Shown here: in pieces, positions 11,501 through 21,805 of the stretch | How the letters are laid out: every line of letters starts with the position of its first letter | How positions within the stretch are numbered: the stretch's first letter is position 1 | NCBI GenBank assembly: GCA_013115125.1 | Contig: JABANN010000178.1 | Span: forward strand, 1-56,704 | Direction: 5' to 3' | Source of the DNA: Perkinsus olseni | Taxonomy: Eukaryota | Length of the DNA stretch: 56,704 bases | Made by a program: the position numbers and the translations under genes | Notes under the pieces: model-generated | Told to the model about the DNA's origin: nothing | Database searches by the model: none | What the model saw: the letters and a program-made list of their open reading frames with translations, nothing else

Positions 11501-13749
11501 GCACCGCGATCAATCAGCAGAGCTCACGGAGTCATTGCACACTTCAAATTCAAGTAGAGGATGAAACTAAGTCTGTTCACTACTCGAACAGGCAGTTCTC
11601 TCGCAGGTCCAAAAGAGACAACGGAACGTGCCGGCGGGACCCACTATAGCGTCATCTGGAAGAGGGCGGAGGTCAGATCGTATTGCCGCATAGAATTCGC
11701 TAGGCAACAATAACTGAGCTTCCATACCGCTGGTGTCATAGATCGGGTCTGTCCTTCCACGAACAGAAGAAGGTCGTACCAATGGGGCGGATCATGCTGG
11801 TGGACCTTGCCGGCCTCGAGGACAATCGTGTGGTAGGTGGTATTGGAGACTTGCATGCTACGTAGAATCTTCTTCCTTCAGACTGGGAATGTCGGAGGAG
11901 CCCTGAGAGAATCCACAGCGATTAATACCAGTCACTTCGCGCTCGCCCGCATGCTGTGGGCCCTTAAGAAGAACCGAGTGAGTGTTCATCATACTGAGCT
12001 TATCCGTAGATCGTCTTCTTAGAACGTGCCCTACCGCAACTCCAAGCTAACTAGACTCTTCCAGAACTCTATGGAGCCTAGCATCCCTCTGCCGGTGAGT
12101 CGCTACACTACTTGAGAGCAGCTATCGCTGGTAGGCCCCTCCCATGGTGTTGATGTTGGTAACAGTGAGTCCTGCTACCAAGAGATTTCAAGCGACTTAC
12201 AACACCTTCTCGGCGATACAGGCGAGGCTTCCCGCTTCCGGACGGTAGGCGGAGCCAGCTGTGGTCTTGTGCCCCAGATAGACTATAAGACGATCTCAAT
12301 AGAGGATTGCGAGGGGATAAGGGAGGAGGCGGAGACAGCAGCGGCGGCGGCTAGGGACCGAGAGATGATCGATGTGGATGATGATGATGATGATGTGGAT
12401 GCAATGTCGGTTACTTATGATGGGTAACCTGCTTTGTCTTGCTCCTCCCGTCGGAGAGGTTTTTTTCCAGGAGCGATGACCCCAACCCAAGCGGATTCCT
12501 CAGCCCACATGACGAGCAACTTCACATCGACGCACGACCCTCTCTGCATAAGGTGAGTCCCGTGTGTGGTGCGCAGGGGCAGCAAACTAAGAAAAGTACC
12601 ATACCGTGAGGACAGCGTCGTGCGGAAAACTGTACGCTGATCGCTATCAGCCTGGCCTCTGTCGTAGTAGGTCTCTGTGTATGACACAGGAGCGTAAGTC
12701 CTTCTCGATTGAAAGGTCGTGCACCATTTATCGCGTGCTATAACGATGGAGGACCGCTGACCTCTCAACGCAGTGTTCTTCAGGAGGAGCGCTCCATGTG
12801 CGCTACAGTGGAAGAAGATGAGAGCCTCAGGGATGTGGACATACGCGATGAGTGCACGGATACGGACTGTGCAGAGCCTGTCAGGTGGTTCCTCCCTCTC
12901 TCTGTGGTCGAGGGGGAGAGCCGCCGTTCAGGCCGTCCCCTAAGAAGCGCAGTCGTTTGGAAGGCAGCTCGGCATTGCGTGCATCAGCGGCTCAATTAAT
13001 GCTCAATCAAGATGTAACACCAAAGGCTAAGAACAGTGTGCCGTCGGGAGCTGTTACAAGATCGATGGCACAGAATATGAAAGGTGGTGGCTCTTCGATC
13101 GACGCTCCTGCTCGGGAGGAGGTTGTGGTTAGGCATGGCAGGGGCAGCAGGAGGAGGAAGATCTCGCAGCCTTAATCCTGCGCCGACCCGACGAGGCGCT
13201 GCTGCCCGACGACTTGCTGGAACACGGTCGGTCGCCGACATACAAGCTGATCGGTGGGGTCCTCCTGGGGACTGCCCCTTGGGAATAGCCTAGGAAATTC
13301 TGCGGGGCAGAGGGGAAGCGGATGGCCAGGAACATAACATCATGTATGTCTGATGGGATGATTTCCCCCGCTCAGGACGGCGGCGGAGATGGAGACGGTG
13401 GTGAAGTCAGCAGTAGCGAGCATTGTACAAAGTATCAGGAGTAAGGCAATAGAGATGATTGAGCAGGTGCGATGGCTCCGGCGTCAATACGAGTGCTTGG
13501 ATATTCCTCCAGGAACTGCTGCCCACCATTGAAACCATGGCAGAAACTGGCATCAGAGAGGCTCTCGCGGTCAGCAACCTAGATGGCCGGCGTACACGAT
13601 CAAGTGAGGCACCCCCAGGGACTGGCTCCGGTATCTCACTCGAGCGAGTGTCATTTTCTTCGTGTGGCTAGTATCTCAGTTATGGTTAATCGCTCTCAGG
13701 CTCGCTGGACATAGTTGTGGAATCGCCGATGTCGCAGCATAAAGATTGA
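8582..13749 (+). CDS. Kinesin motor protein, kinesin-10 (KIF22/Kid)-like; start uncertain
   Basis: Exons give VCARVRP, FLFDHVF, P-loop FAHGASGSGKTFTM, GLIPMCVERIF, FEIYQEKVRDLL, NQQSSRSH, LVDLAGLEDNR..TGN..ALRESTAINTSHFAL, VPYRNSKLTRLFQ. The EDNRxTGN..ES..INTS motif is KIF22-like. Confidence 0.88.
10076..10620 (+). mobile_element. Degenerate DNA-transposon coding relics within the 1.5-kb kinesin intron (9455-10956)
   Basis: EDLIDCLMSCQRYTKCRKGTCLRLRKAKLSWRMNFPKQL resembles the Helitron Rep Q-x-HT-x-C...CLR...CRF-x-FP region; VYVDKECC...LIVRLDAFHF resembles a different transposase-like family. Stops and frameshifts present. Confidence 0.45.
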
Positions 13750-14217
13750 ACGCTTTGTATCATACCTATCACTGTTTTTCATCAAATTAAGAGCCTTTCA
13801 TCGGTACTTTTCGTAGTCGATTGGCGATGTCCAGCCTAACGTAGTCAGTGCTGTTGCTGGAATTGTTCATGGTACTACTGCTAGTGCTGCTGCTTGATAT
13901 CGAAAACGGGTTTCATGTCTTGTGTTGTAGTGTAGGCCACACCGCCTGACGAATAGGCCTACCTGGGAGCTAGTACCTCGGTGATGAGGAGAGTGTTGGC
14001 ATCCCACGCTGTCAGCGTGACGCTGATGGCCCACCATGATGGGATATCCATGAACTGTCAGCATGAACTTAACTCACCATGAAAAGCGAAATTTCAAGCG
14101 CCATAATGTTGGCACGCGAGGGAAATGGTGACGTCATCTTATACCCCCACTGGGAGCAGGTGGCTGCATGACTAGTATGTCCACTGGCCGGGATCGAGCA
14201 CTTTGTTAATCATCAAA

Positions 14218-14289
14218 AGTTTTATGGTGTAACGGTTAGCACTCTACACTCTCAAACTGGCGATCTGGGTTCGGATCTCGCTACATTCT
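14218..14289 (+). pseudogene. tRNA-Gln pseudogene
   Basis: TTTTATGGTGTAACGGTTAGCACTC...CTGGCGATCTGGGTTCG matches the 21462 copy, but the anticodon arm and 3' acceptor strand are decayed. Confidence 0.75.
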
Positions 14290-14881
14290 CTTTTGGCCTC
14301 TGCTCGGCCCACACACTAATAGGGCACCACCACAGCGCGATAGGTGTGACGCGTGCTTCGCGCTAGCAAGATTCTCCGTTCGTTGACAACAATGCCCAGA
14401 TGGGCTCGAGCATCGATAGTGTTGCGAATCGACACTTGCGATTGCCGGCATCGTAGCTCGCACTGCGACTGTCGCAGTCTGATATCCGTCGCGGTCGCGC
14501 GATAGGCAGCCGTCTGAATCCCTCTCTGTCACCATCCCAAGCATTCGACTACGGTAGAAGGCTCCTTAGCTATTCGACTGATCATCTTACTCGAGTGTGG
14601 GAACGTAGATGGTTTTTGGTGGGCTTGTCGAGCCACCCCGTGTCTACTTCAACTAAACATCAGTAACAGCATAGGTTTCATTACATCATTCATACAGAAG
14701 TGATACTTCCTGTGATTCGATATATATCATGCATACATAACCCATATTTACAGCGCTCGAGCTGGATTTCCCATCATATCTGACTTCATACAGCTGCGCT
14801 ACCTGATCGAGGTATAGAAGCAGATATGCCAGTTTGGATTCACGTCGTATTCTACCTTAGATAGGGCTGTTCTGTCTACTC

Positions 14882-15859
14882 TCAGACCATATCGCTTTGG
14901 CTTTCATCGGAGTCTTCCTCATCTGTATCATCCTTCGACAGGAGACCCATCTGAAGGTCGCTATATCCCTGTCCACGGAACCCAATTGCAGCTCTCAAGG
15001 AATCCCAGGCGCGGCGTCTGGCAGATGGTTTGGCAGGCCTAAACTTTTTAGTTCTAGTCAGGCCGAGGAGCTCGGCCAGTTTGCTGCTGTCGAAGGGTTT
15101 CCCCTTAAAGGTGTCAATTCTCGCATATGAGAAGCTCTCTCTCCTACCGTTGAACTTCTTGGGATCGACAGGCTCAAGTAAGACCGTTGCCTTATGATAC
15201 TCTTCATCTCCACGGAAGAAACTGTGTATGGCCTTACCGATCATGGTGTAGTACATCGTGTTGAATCGGTCTATCAATTGACCCTCCACGTTCCTCAGTT
15301 GTGAGTTCTCATCGAACCTTAGAATCACTTCCAGACCGTCACCATCGAAGCCGTAGTACACCCCGTTCGGAGCTGGTTCTTCCCCGATATCAGCGATGAC
15401 TAGCTTGTTCTCCCTCCATAAACGCTCTGCAGTGGAGCGTGCGGGGTGGCTTGGCGGTAGCGAGCGCCGCCACTTCGGCCGATGTAGCGTGCGATCTTCA
15501 TATACGGAGGGGAAGAATTCCTTGAAACTGAACGTGTCACCGATTGTAGGCCGAGCCCGATAGTCCCTGCATCCCGCCTCATCATTCACAGTAAACACCC
15601 CCATCTCGGGTTCCATGACGTTACTTGACGGCGGCTTCAAATATTGTCTCACGTACGTGCAGTTGAAGCCGTCCACAGTCTGACGTGCCACGACTTTGAG
15701 ACGGGGAGGCTCACCCTTGGGAAAGGGTGTGAAATAGTATCTCGTTCCATCATCAGACTTGCCACAGAGAGCTGGTTGCAGGTTGCCTCCAATGGTATTC
15801 GCTTGTAAAATCAGCAGCAGTGTGAGAGTGGCCCAAGGAACCTGATTCTGATATCTCAT
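14882..15859 (-). CDS. Intronless putative secreted protein, unknown family (paralogue A, 325 aa from MRYQNQ)
   Basis: Uninterrupted ORF; hydrophobic N-terminus VPWATLTLLLILQANTIGG; CTTCTTTCAG acceptor-like site upstream of the ATG; clear paralogy to 20030-21018 (RQYLKPP, APNGVYYGF, YYTMIGKA, LEPVDPKKFNG). Confidence 0.8.
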   Translation of the reverse strand: MRYQNQVPWATLTLLLILQANTIGGNLQPALCGKSDDGTRYYFTPFPKGEPPRLKVVARQTVDGFNCTYVRQYLKPPSSNVMEPEMGVFTVNDEAGCRDYRARPTIGDTFSFKEFFPSVYEDRTLHRPKWRRSLPPSHPARSTAERLWRENKLVIADIGEEPAPNGVYYGFDGDGLEVILRFDENSQLRNVEGQLIDRFNTMYYTMIGKAIHSFFRGDEEYHKATVLLEPVDPKKFNGRRESFSYARIDTFKGKPFDSSKLAELLGLTRTKKFRPAKPSARRRAWDSLRAAIGFRGQGYSDLQMGLLSKDDTDEEDSDESQSDMV

Positions 15860-17390
15860 TGAATCGTTGTAGTCAGGAGAAAGGGTATGCTGAAAGAAGT
15901 AGAACCCCTGCTGTGCAATTCGAAACGCATGCGTTGCTACTAAGTTGGCAGCCAGACTGAGGAGACTGTTGTTACAATGTGACGCCGGCGAGTGTCGGAA
16001 AAACCTAGTCGCCCGAAAGACGAGACGTATTCCAGGCGAGCGCAGCTGCTTCGCCTTCCCCCGGCCGTGAACCACGTATGTGCCTGAGAGGAGATAACTG
16101 GCGGACAACGACTTTTTGTCATTCTTCTAGGTACCACGCATGAGCACATCATCGTGATAGCGGTGCGAGTCTATCAGTGAATGGAGTTTGGAATGTTCCG
16201 CACAAGCCCAGTCGTTGCTTTCTGTGTTCATGCTAGCACCAGCGACATCAGGTAGCTGAGTAGTTACGTACACACTACCGATATCCAAGGGCTCAGTAAG
16301 TGCTTGATCGTTGGGAGGTGCTTTCACTGAGTCTGGATATCGGCAGAAGCTCTACTCTTCCCCCCTCACGGATAAACCCTACAGGGAGTGGCGGGAGGGC
16401 CAAAAAACTCGAGGAGTCTTCCTCTCCGGGAATAGTGCCCTCTATAGCACTAATCTCGTTCTTCAATGAGCAACCCACGTCACGCTCACGTGACGCTCGC
16501 CCCGGTGCGTATGCGTACACAAGCTTCGTCGTGTACCCCCTTATCATTATGCGGCAAAAGAGAGACATGAGGCAATGCCTGGCAGGCACTTGAATGATCG
16601 TGTGGTTCTGAGCTCAAGGAATCCTAGTATCGGTCTTGCTGTGTTGCGGCGACTCGATGACTCGGCCCACGCAGGCTATGCGGCGAAGAAAGTGTGGTAG
16701 CCACCTCTCATCTCGGCACTCGATGTGGTGGACCAGGCTTCTGATCCACCGATGGTCTGGCACTTGTTTGCGACGCGGACTAGCGTCGCGTAGGAGTGCC
16801 GCGTGGGGTGGTCGAGTTCGCCAATTCACTCCCTTTTTGGCCATGTGCTTTCTTGTCGTCGCGTGCTGAGGTTTCGGACGTACGGTACCGAAGATACGCG
16901 CGAATCCCTGGCCGTCTGTTGCGACTTTACGTGCGATGCTGTGGTTTTCCAGGGTCCTGAGAGTACAGAAGCGAGCGAGACTCCAGGGATTTCCTCCTCT
17001 TTTTTCTCTTTATATCAGGTTGAGTTGCGACCATGTTGCTATTTGCGACCATTCTCAGGTTGTTGACTCAGCATCTCGCGCAGCACAAAGCTTTGTGTTG
17101 TTCTCCGCTGGTGCCTGGCTGGACCGAACAGACGCTACACCCCGCTCCGAAGTGCGCAACAGTTGATGTGGGAAAAATACGTTGACATACGTTTGCAAAA
17201 AATGTGAATGCATTTACTAATATATCAAGTATATGCAAGGCGAAGCGCCACTGGTAGTAGCATTGATACATCATTCAACGGGTAAACCGACTGTCTAATG
17301 TGATTGCTGTCGGCTGCTGTTGGGTACCAGTGGTACTGTACCACCTTCGACTCGAACGGTTCGAGGTGAACCATTCTAGCTTTCCCCACC

Positions 17391-18701
17391 ATGACGATCT
17401 TCTCCTTCATCGGTCATCTTTTCCTGCCTGGTGTTCTCGTCTATATTACCGGCAACTCTCGACCTCGTGTATTGAGCGTTCAACTCGCGAGTGGGTTCGA
17501 TATGCCTTTGATGGGCCTCGGCTTGGGTCACAACAAGGATGACTCCGAGGTTGAGAGGATGGTCCTTGAGTTCCTGGAATTAGGTGGCCGCCACATCGAC
17601 ACTGCGATGTCGTAAGATTTCGGCGAATTTTGTTATGGTCGAGCCCATCAGCAGATACGATAATCAAGGTGCCGTTGGAAGGGCGGTGAAGAAGTCTGGA
17701 ATTCCGCGCGAAGAGATTTTCATAACGTCGAAGATACCTCCAGAGAGGATGGGCTACGAATCAACATTTATGGCTATCTTGGAGATAGCCGAAGAGATCA
17801 ACTTGGGTTACATCGATATGGTCCTTATCCACTGGCCTTCGTTATTGGGAGTGACCATTCCATGTATGAACAATACGATCAAGTTGTCCGAGGAGATCAA
17901 CTACGCTGGATAGATTCTCTGACTCCCTCAGCTTGGTCGCTTCGATCCTCCGCCACCATCGCTTCTTGATCCCTGGTGCCATGTTCGCTCCCCATCAGGC
18001 ACAACCGACGATGGCAGTTGGCAGATCTGTAGACTCGGCACCTGGGCAGCCATGGAGCAGATGGTCCAGGCCGGTGTGGTGGGCATACCGTGCCAGGCAC
18101 GCCTCGAGGTTTCGACTGGGTATCATTTGCTGGCAGGTCAGAAGCATTGGTGTTAGCAATTTCGGCACTCGGCATTTGGAAGAGTTGAGACAGTTCGCTT
18201 CCATCTGGCCGCCTGCGACGAACCAGTTCGAGATCCACCCGATGCTGCCCGAGAACGATCTCGTGCGTTATTGCCGGGATAACGGTGAGCGGCTCCACCA
18301 TATCGTTAAATAGGGGCTTGTCGCATGGCAACGTGCGACGCAGGTATAGTTATCACAGCGTACGGGTCGTTGGGAGGGCCGCAGCGAGCGAAGGAGTTCA
18401 CTACTTCAAATGTTCTGAGAGCAGTTGGTGCACAGTACAACAAGGCACCGGCTCAAGTACGCCATACGATAATTTGACTTTGGTTCATTTCTTGCTGTAG
18501 GTGCTACTGCGGTGGGCTCTCCAGCAGCAGTTTGTTATCATACCGATGAGCCGGAAGAGGAGTCGGATGATCGAAAATTTGGACGTTCTGGATTTCACCC
18601 TCAGTGAAGAAGACTATCATTTAATATCTGAGTTTGCGGCATCTCTTGGCAATTACAGTCGCCCTTATCAACAAGTGGCTGATTTGAATGATTTTATGTG
18701 A
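17391..18701 (+). CDS. Aldo-keto reductase
   Basis: MPLMGLG, GRHIDTAM|YDNQGAVG, REEIFITSKI, YIDMVLIHWP (D/Y/K/H tetrad), VRSIGVSNF, NQFEIHP, VLLRWALQ..VIIPMS..RMIENLDVLDFTLS. Confidence 0.93.
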
Positions 18702-19266
18702 GTTTTCTGATAACCGCTTCGCGTCGAGTTTCTCGGAAACTGTTCCTTCCCGACCTCTATTCCACTGCCTCAATGATATGCAAAATTCTAAATCTTGACG
18801 AAAAGTCCAAAAGTCTTGACGCATTTTTTGGCGATGTTGGCGCGATAGTGGGTGAGCTGCTCGTACAATCCCGCTTTGCCACGCACTTGCGTAAGCTCAA
18901 AACTACAGGAGTCAATGGGCGAAGAAGGTAGAAATGCTGCTTGGCCAGCTGTCAAGCTCGACATGCCAACAGAAACCTTGTACGATAGTAAAGGCTCCAC
19001 GGAGGTTGGTGATGTACGGTAGATGAAGCCACCGAGGACGAAGAAACCGCAGTGATACAACGCACTTCTCGAAAGATCCTTATACGATGAGTACAGAACT
19101 TAACTGGAACTTTTCTCGCACTCGTATCTGCTCTAAATCGGGCCAGACAATTCCACACGCACGTAAACACGCACGTTCAGGGTTATCTTGAAGTGGGATA
19201 TGGAAGTGTTGCATCACAAGATTAGTCCCCTGGGACGGAACATAACAAATACGCTCTTACTCATTC

Positions 19267-19338
19267 GGTTCTATGTTGTAACGGTTAGTATTCCAGACTC
19301 TGAATCTGGCGATCTGGGTTCAAATCCCGGTAGAACCT
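19267..19338 (+). tRNA. tRNA-Gln(CTG), probably a pseudogene (D-stem mismatches)
   Basis: GGTTCTA...CCAGA CT CTG AA TCTGG...GGTTCAAATCC...TAGAACC; D stem reads GTTG/TATT instead of GGTG/CACT. Confidence 0.75.
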
Positions 19339-19374
19339 TCTCGTCCTGCTTTCGGCCACAGCATGAAATTTTCA

Positions 19375-19415
19375 TGGCAGTGACAGCTTTTCATGATGAA
19401 AAGCTGTCACTGCCA
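19375..19415. repeat. Perfect 20-bp inverted repeat with 1-nt spacer
   Basis: TGGCAGTGACAGCTTTTCAT-G-ATGAAAAGCTGTCACTGCCA. Confidence 0.95.
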
Positions 19416-19464
19416 CGGTGTGAGAACAGTGTAACAGCGCGCCAACACTTCTCCGGTGTGACAG

Positions 19465-19577
19465 GGTGACACGGCCATAGTGTGATACGGTGACACGGTC
19501 ATAGTGTGATATGGTGACACGACCATAGTGTAATACGGTGACACGGTCATAGTGTGATAAGGCGACACTGTCATAGC
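19465..19577. repeat. 24-bp minisatellite (~4.5 units, degenerate units on both flanks)
   Basis: Consensus GGTGACACGGTCATAGTGTGATAC repeated in tandem. Confidence 0.9.
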
Positions 19578-20029
19578 CTATGACTCATAGGTGATGGAGC
19601 GACATCACTACAGTGTGACAAGGTGACACTGCCAGAGGCACCGAGCCAAGGGGTTCGCCTCTCTCCACTAGTAGGATTCGGTTGCGCGTTCAGCCGTTCC
19701 GTGATTACTTTTTGGAGACCACTCGGATCCCCTGAAACTCGAGGAGGAAGCTGCAGTTAACGGCGCTTCGTTGCAAGTATCGAGAAGTGGCTCTCGATGC
19801 GAGAGGCGAACCCGTTGACGCCTACTTCAACGGAACACCAGAAAAGCCACATAACATCATCCGTAAACCACAGTGGCATCTCATGGTACTTTGATTTGTC
19901 TTTGGGCATCACAACGGCCAATAAATTCGAAGTAGTTTTGCTTTTTTATACACGTCACTCGTCACGTCAGCGGAACATCGACTTGAGAGCTCCCTGACTA
20001 GGGTCTAGATGCGGGCAAGTTGATGTAAC

Positions 20030-21018
20030 CTAATAGCCTCCCTCTGCTGTGGCATCTGCTCCAAGCGTCTGATCCCTGGCGTCATCAGGGTCTCTCTCAT
20101 CTGTGTCATCCTGCACGACGATTTCGTTTCCAAGACCATCTTTCCCATGTCTCTTGAACCTTGATGCGGCGTTCCTGGCGCGCGTCACGCCCCGTACAAG
20201 TGTGGATTTGACAATATCAAGCTTGCTAGTCTCAGTCAGGCTGAGAAGTTGCGGTAGGCTGTTGCTGTTGAAGGGCTGACCCACGACGGTGTTGAGTCTA
20301 GCATATGGAAAACTCTCTTTCGAACCGTTGAACTTTTTAGGATCGACAGGCTCGAGGAAAAGGCGGGCCTGATAGTATCCACCATACTTGTAAAAGACAC
20401 AGCGCATTGCTTTGCCTATCATTGTGTAGTACAGCTCGTTGAACCCCGTGTGCTCGAGACCTTGCACATGCTCCACTTGTGCGTTCTCATTGAACCTTAT
20501 GGTCACTTCCGTACCTGCAGCGTTAAAGCCGTAGTACACCCCGTTCGGAGCTGAGCCCTCATTTTCGGTGAGGAAAAGCTGACTCTCCTTCCAAAGACGC
20601 TTCGCCGTGGAGACTGAGGGGTGGTCAGATGGCAAAGACTTTGTCCCGTATAGCATACGTCGGACGGGTACGAAGGGCTTGAAACTCTTGAAATGGATCT
20701 TGTCGCTGATTGTAGCTCGCGCCTGATAGTGCTTGCATCCATCCACGTCATTCATAGTGAACATCCACATCTTGATTTCCTTCACATTACTCGGTGGCGG
20801 CTTCAGATATTGCCTCAAGTACGAACAATAAATACCGTCTACAGTTCGAATTTCCCCTTGCTCTGCATGAGGAGTCATCTCCTTGGGAAAGGGGGAAAAT
20901 AATATCTCGTCCCTTCATCAGACTCGCCTACGAGGGTCGGCAGCGGGTTGCCTCCAAGTTGTACTGCCAGCATCACCAGAATGAGGCTGCGGCAGGGAGC
21001 CTGGGGGTGATGTCGCAT
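20030..21018 (-). pseudogene. Intronless secreted-protein paralogue B with a 1-nt frameshift (or an assembly error)
   Basis: N-terminus MRHHPQAPCRSLILVMLAVQLGGNPLPTLVGESDEGTRYYF aligns with paralogue A; TTTCCCCC-TTTCCCAAG is one base short of A (TTCACACCC-TTTCCCAAG) at ~20891-20899; the remainder is the 282-aa ORF. Confidence 0.75.
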
Positions 21019-21461
21019 TGTCGCAACTGGAGCGTATAGGAAGAGAGTGTGTGCTGAAAGAAGTGTCACTCGAATGTGCAACTCAGAAAGACGAGTCACG
21101 CGTGGCAGACTAATCAGGCGTTCTTCCCTGAGGAGACTGCCGTTATAACGAGACGCCGATGAGCGGCGGAAAACCTAATCGCCCCGAAAAGCGGGACGCG
21201 TCCAAGGCGAGCGCATTTACTCTGCTTGTTGCCAGTAGGGGGTCACGAGATATACGCTCAAACCGATGTATGCTCACGCGATGGTCCCAAGCATCTTGTG
21301 GCTGCGACACGGACCGTAGTCCACTATGGGATATCATAATGCTCGCACACGGAGGATGGAGTGGGAGCAGCATGCTGATAACCACATCATTCAGTGTCAA
21401 TTACCGCATTCCTAGATGAGTCCACTGGGCCTGATCAGAACGAGAGTCATAGCATCAACCT

Positions 21462-21533
21462 GGTTTTATGGTGTAACGGTTAGCACTCCAGACTCTGAAT
21501 CTGGCGATCTGGGTTCAAATCCCGGTAGAACTT
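21462..21533 (+). tRNA. tRNA-Gln(CTG)
   Basis: Complete cloverleaf: GGTTTTA/TAGAACT acceptor, D arm GGTG-TAACGGTTAG-CACT, anticodon arm CCAGA-CTCTGAA-TCTGG, T arm CTGGG-TTCAAAT-CCCGG. Confidence 0.88.
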
Positions 21534-21805
21534 CTCGTTGGGCATTCTGACAGCAGGCCACGGGGCTCCAATGCGCTATCAAGAGTGGCGATTGTTGCGG
21601 CCGGTAGGGCTTTCCAGCTTCGAGCCTTGCATGCAACCCAATGGTGCGCTCATAAAGTTGTGGAGGTATAGACTGTGACGCCGTATGTGTAACCGTTCGT
21701 ATCGGTTGTATCATTTCGTGCCATGGCTGAACGCTCCGCTCTAATGTCCGGCACTAACCACGCAACAACTGCGCTCGATAGAAAACTGAAACCTCTTCAC
21801 AGGGT

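Noticed and set aside
15860-16108. N-terminal 83 codons of the 408-aa ORF
   Set aside because: The listed start is a non-ATG codon; the signal peptide and paralogue alignment begin at MRYQ (15859), and the homologous region of B is not open.
16130-17270. Overlapping short ORFs between gene A and the AKR
   Set aside because: No recognisable motif or consistent exon chain could be built.
19465-19577. 24-bp repeats as a CRISPR array
   Set aside because: The units are contiguous with no unique spacers, there are no cas genes, and the context is eukaryotic.
20880-20900. Programmed frameshift at CCC/AGG codons, as in Perkinsus mitochondrial genes
   Set aside because: This is a nuclear locus, paralogue A is in frame, and the lesion is in a homopolymer, so a mutation or consensus error is simpler.
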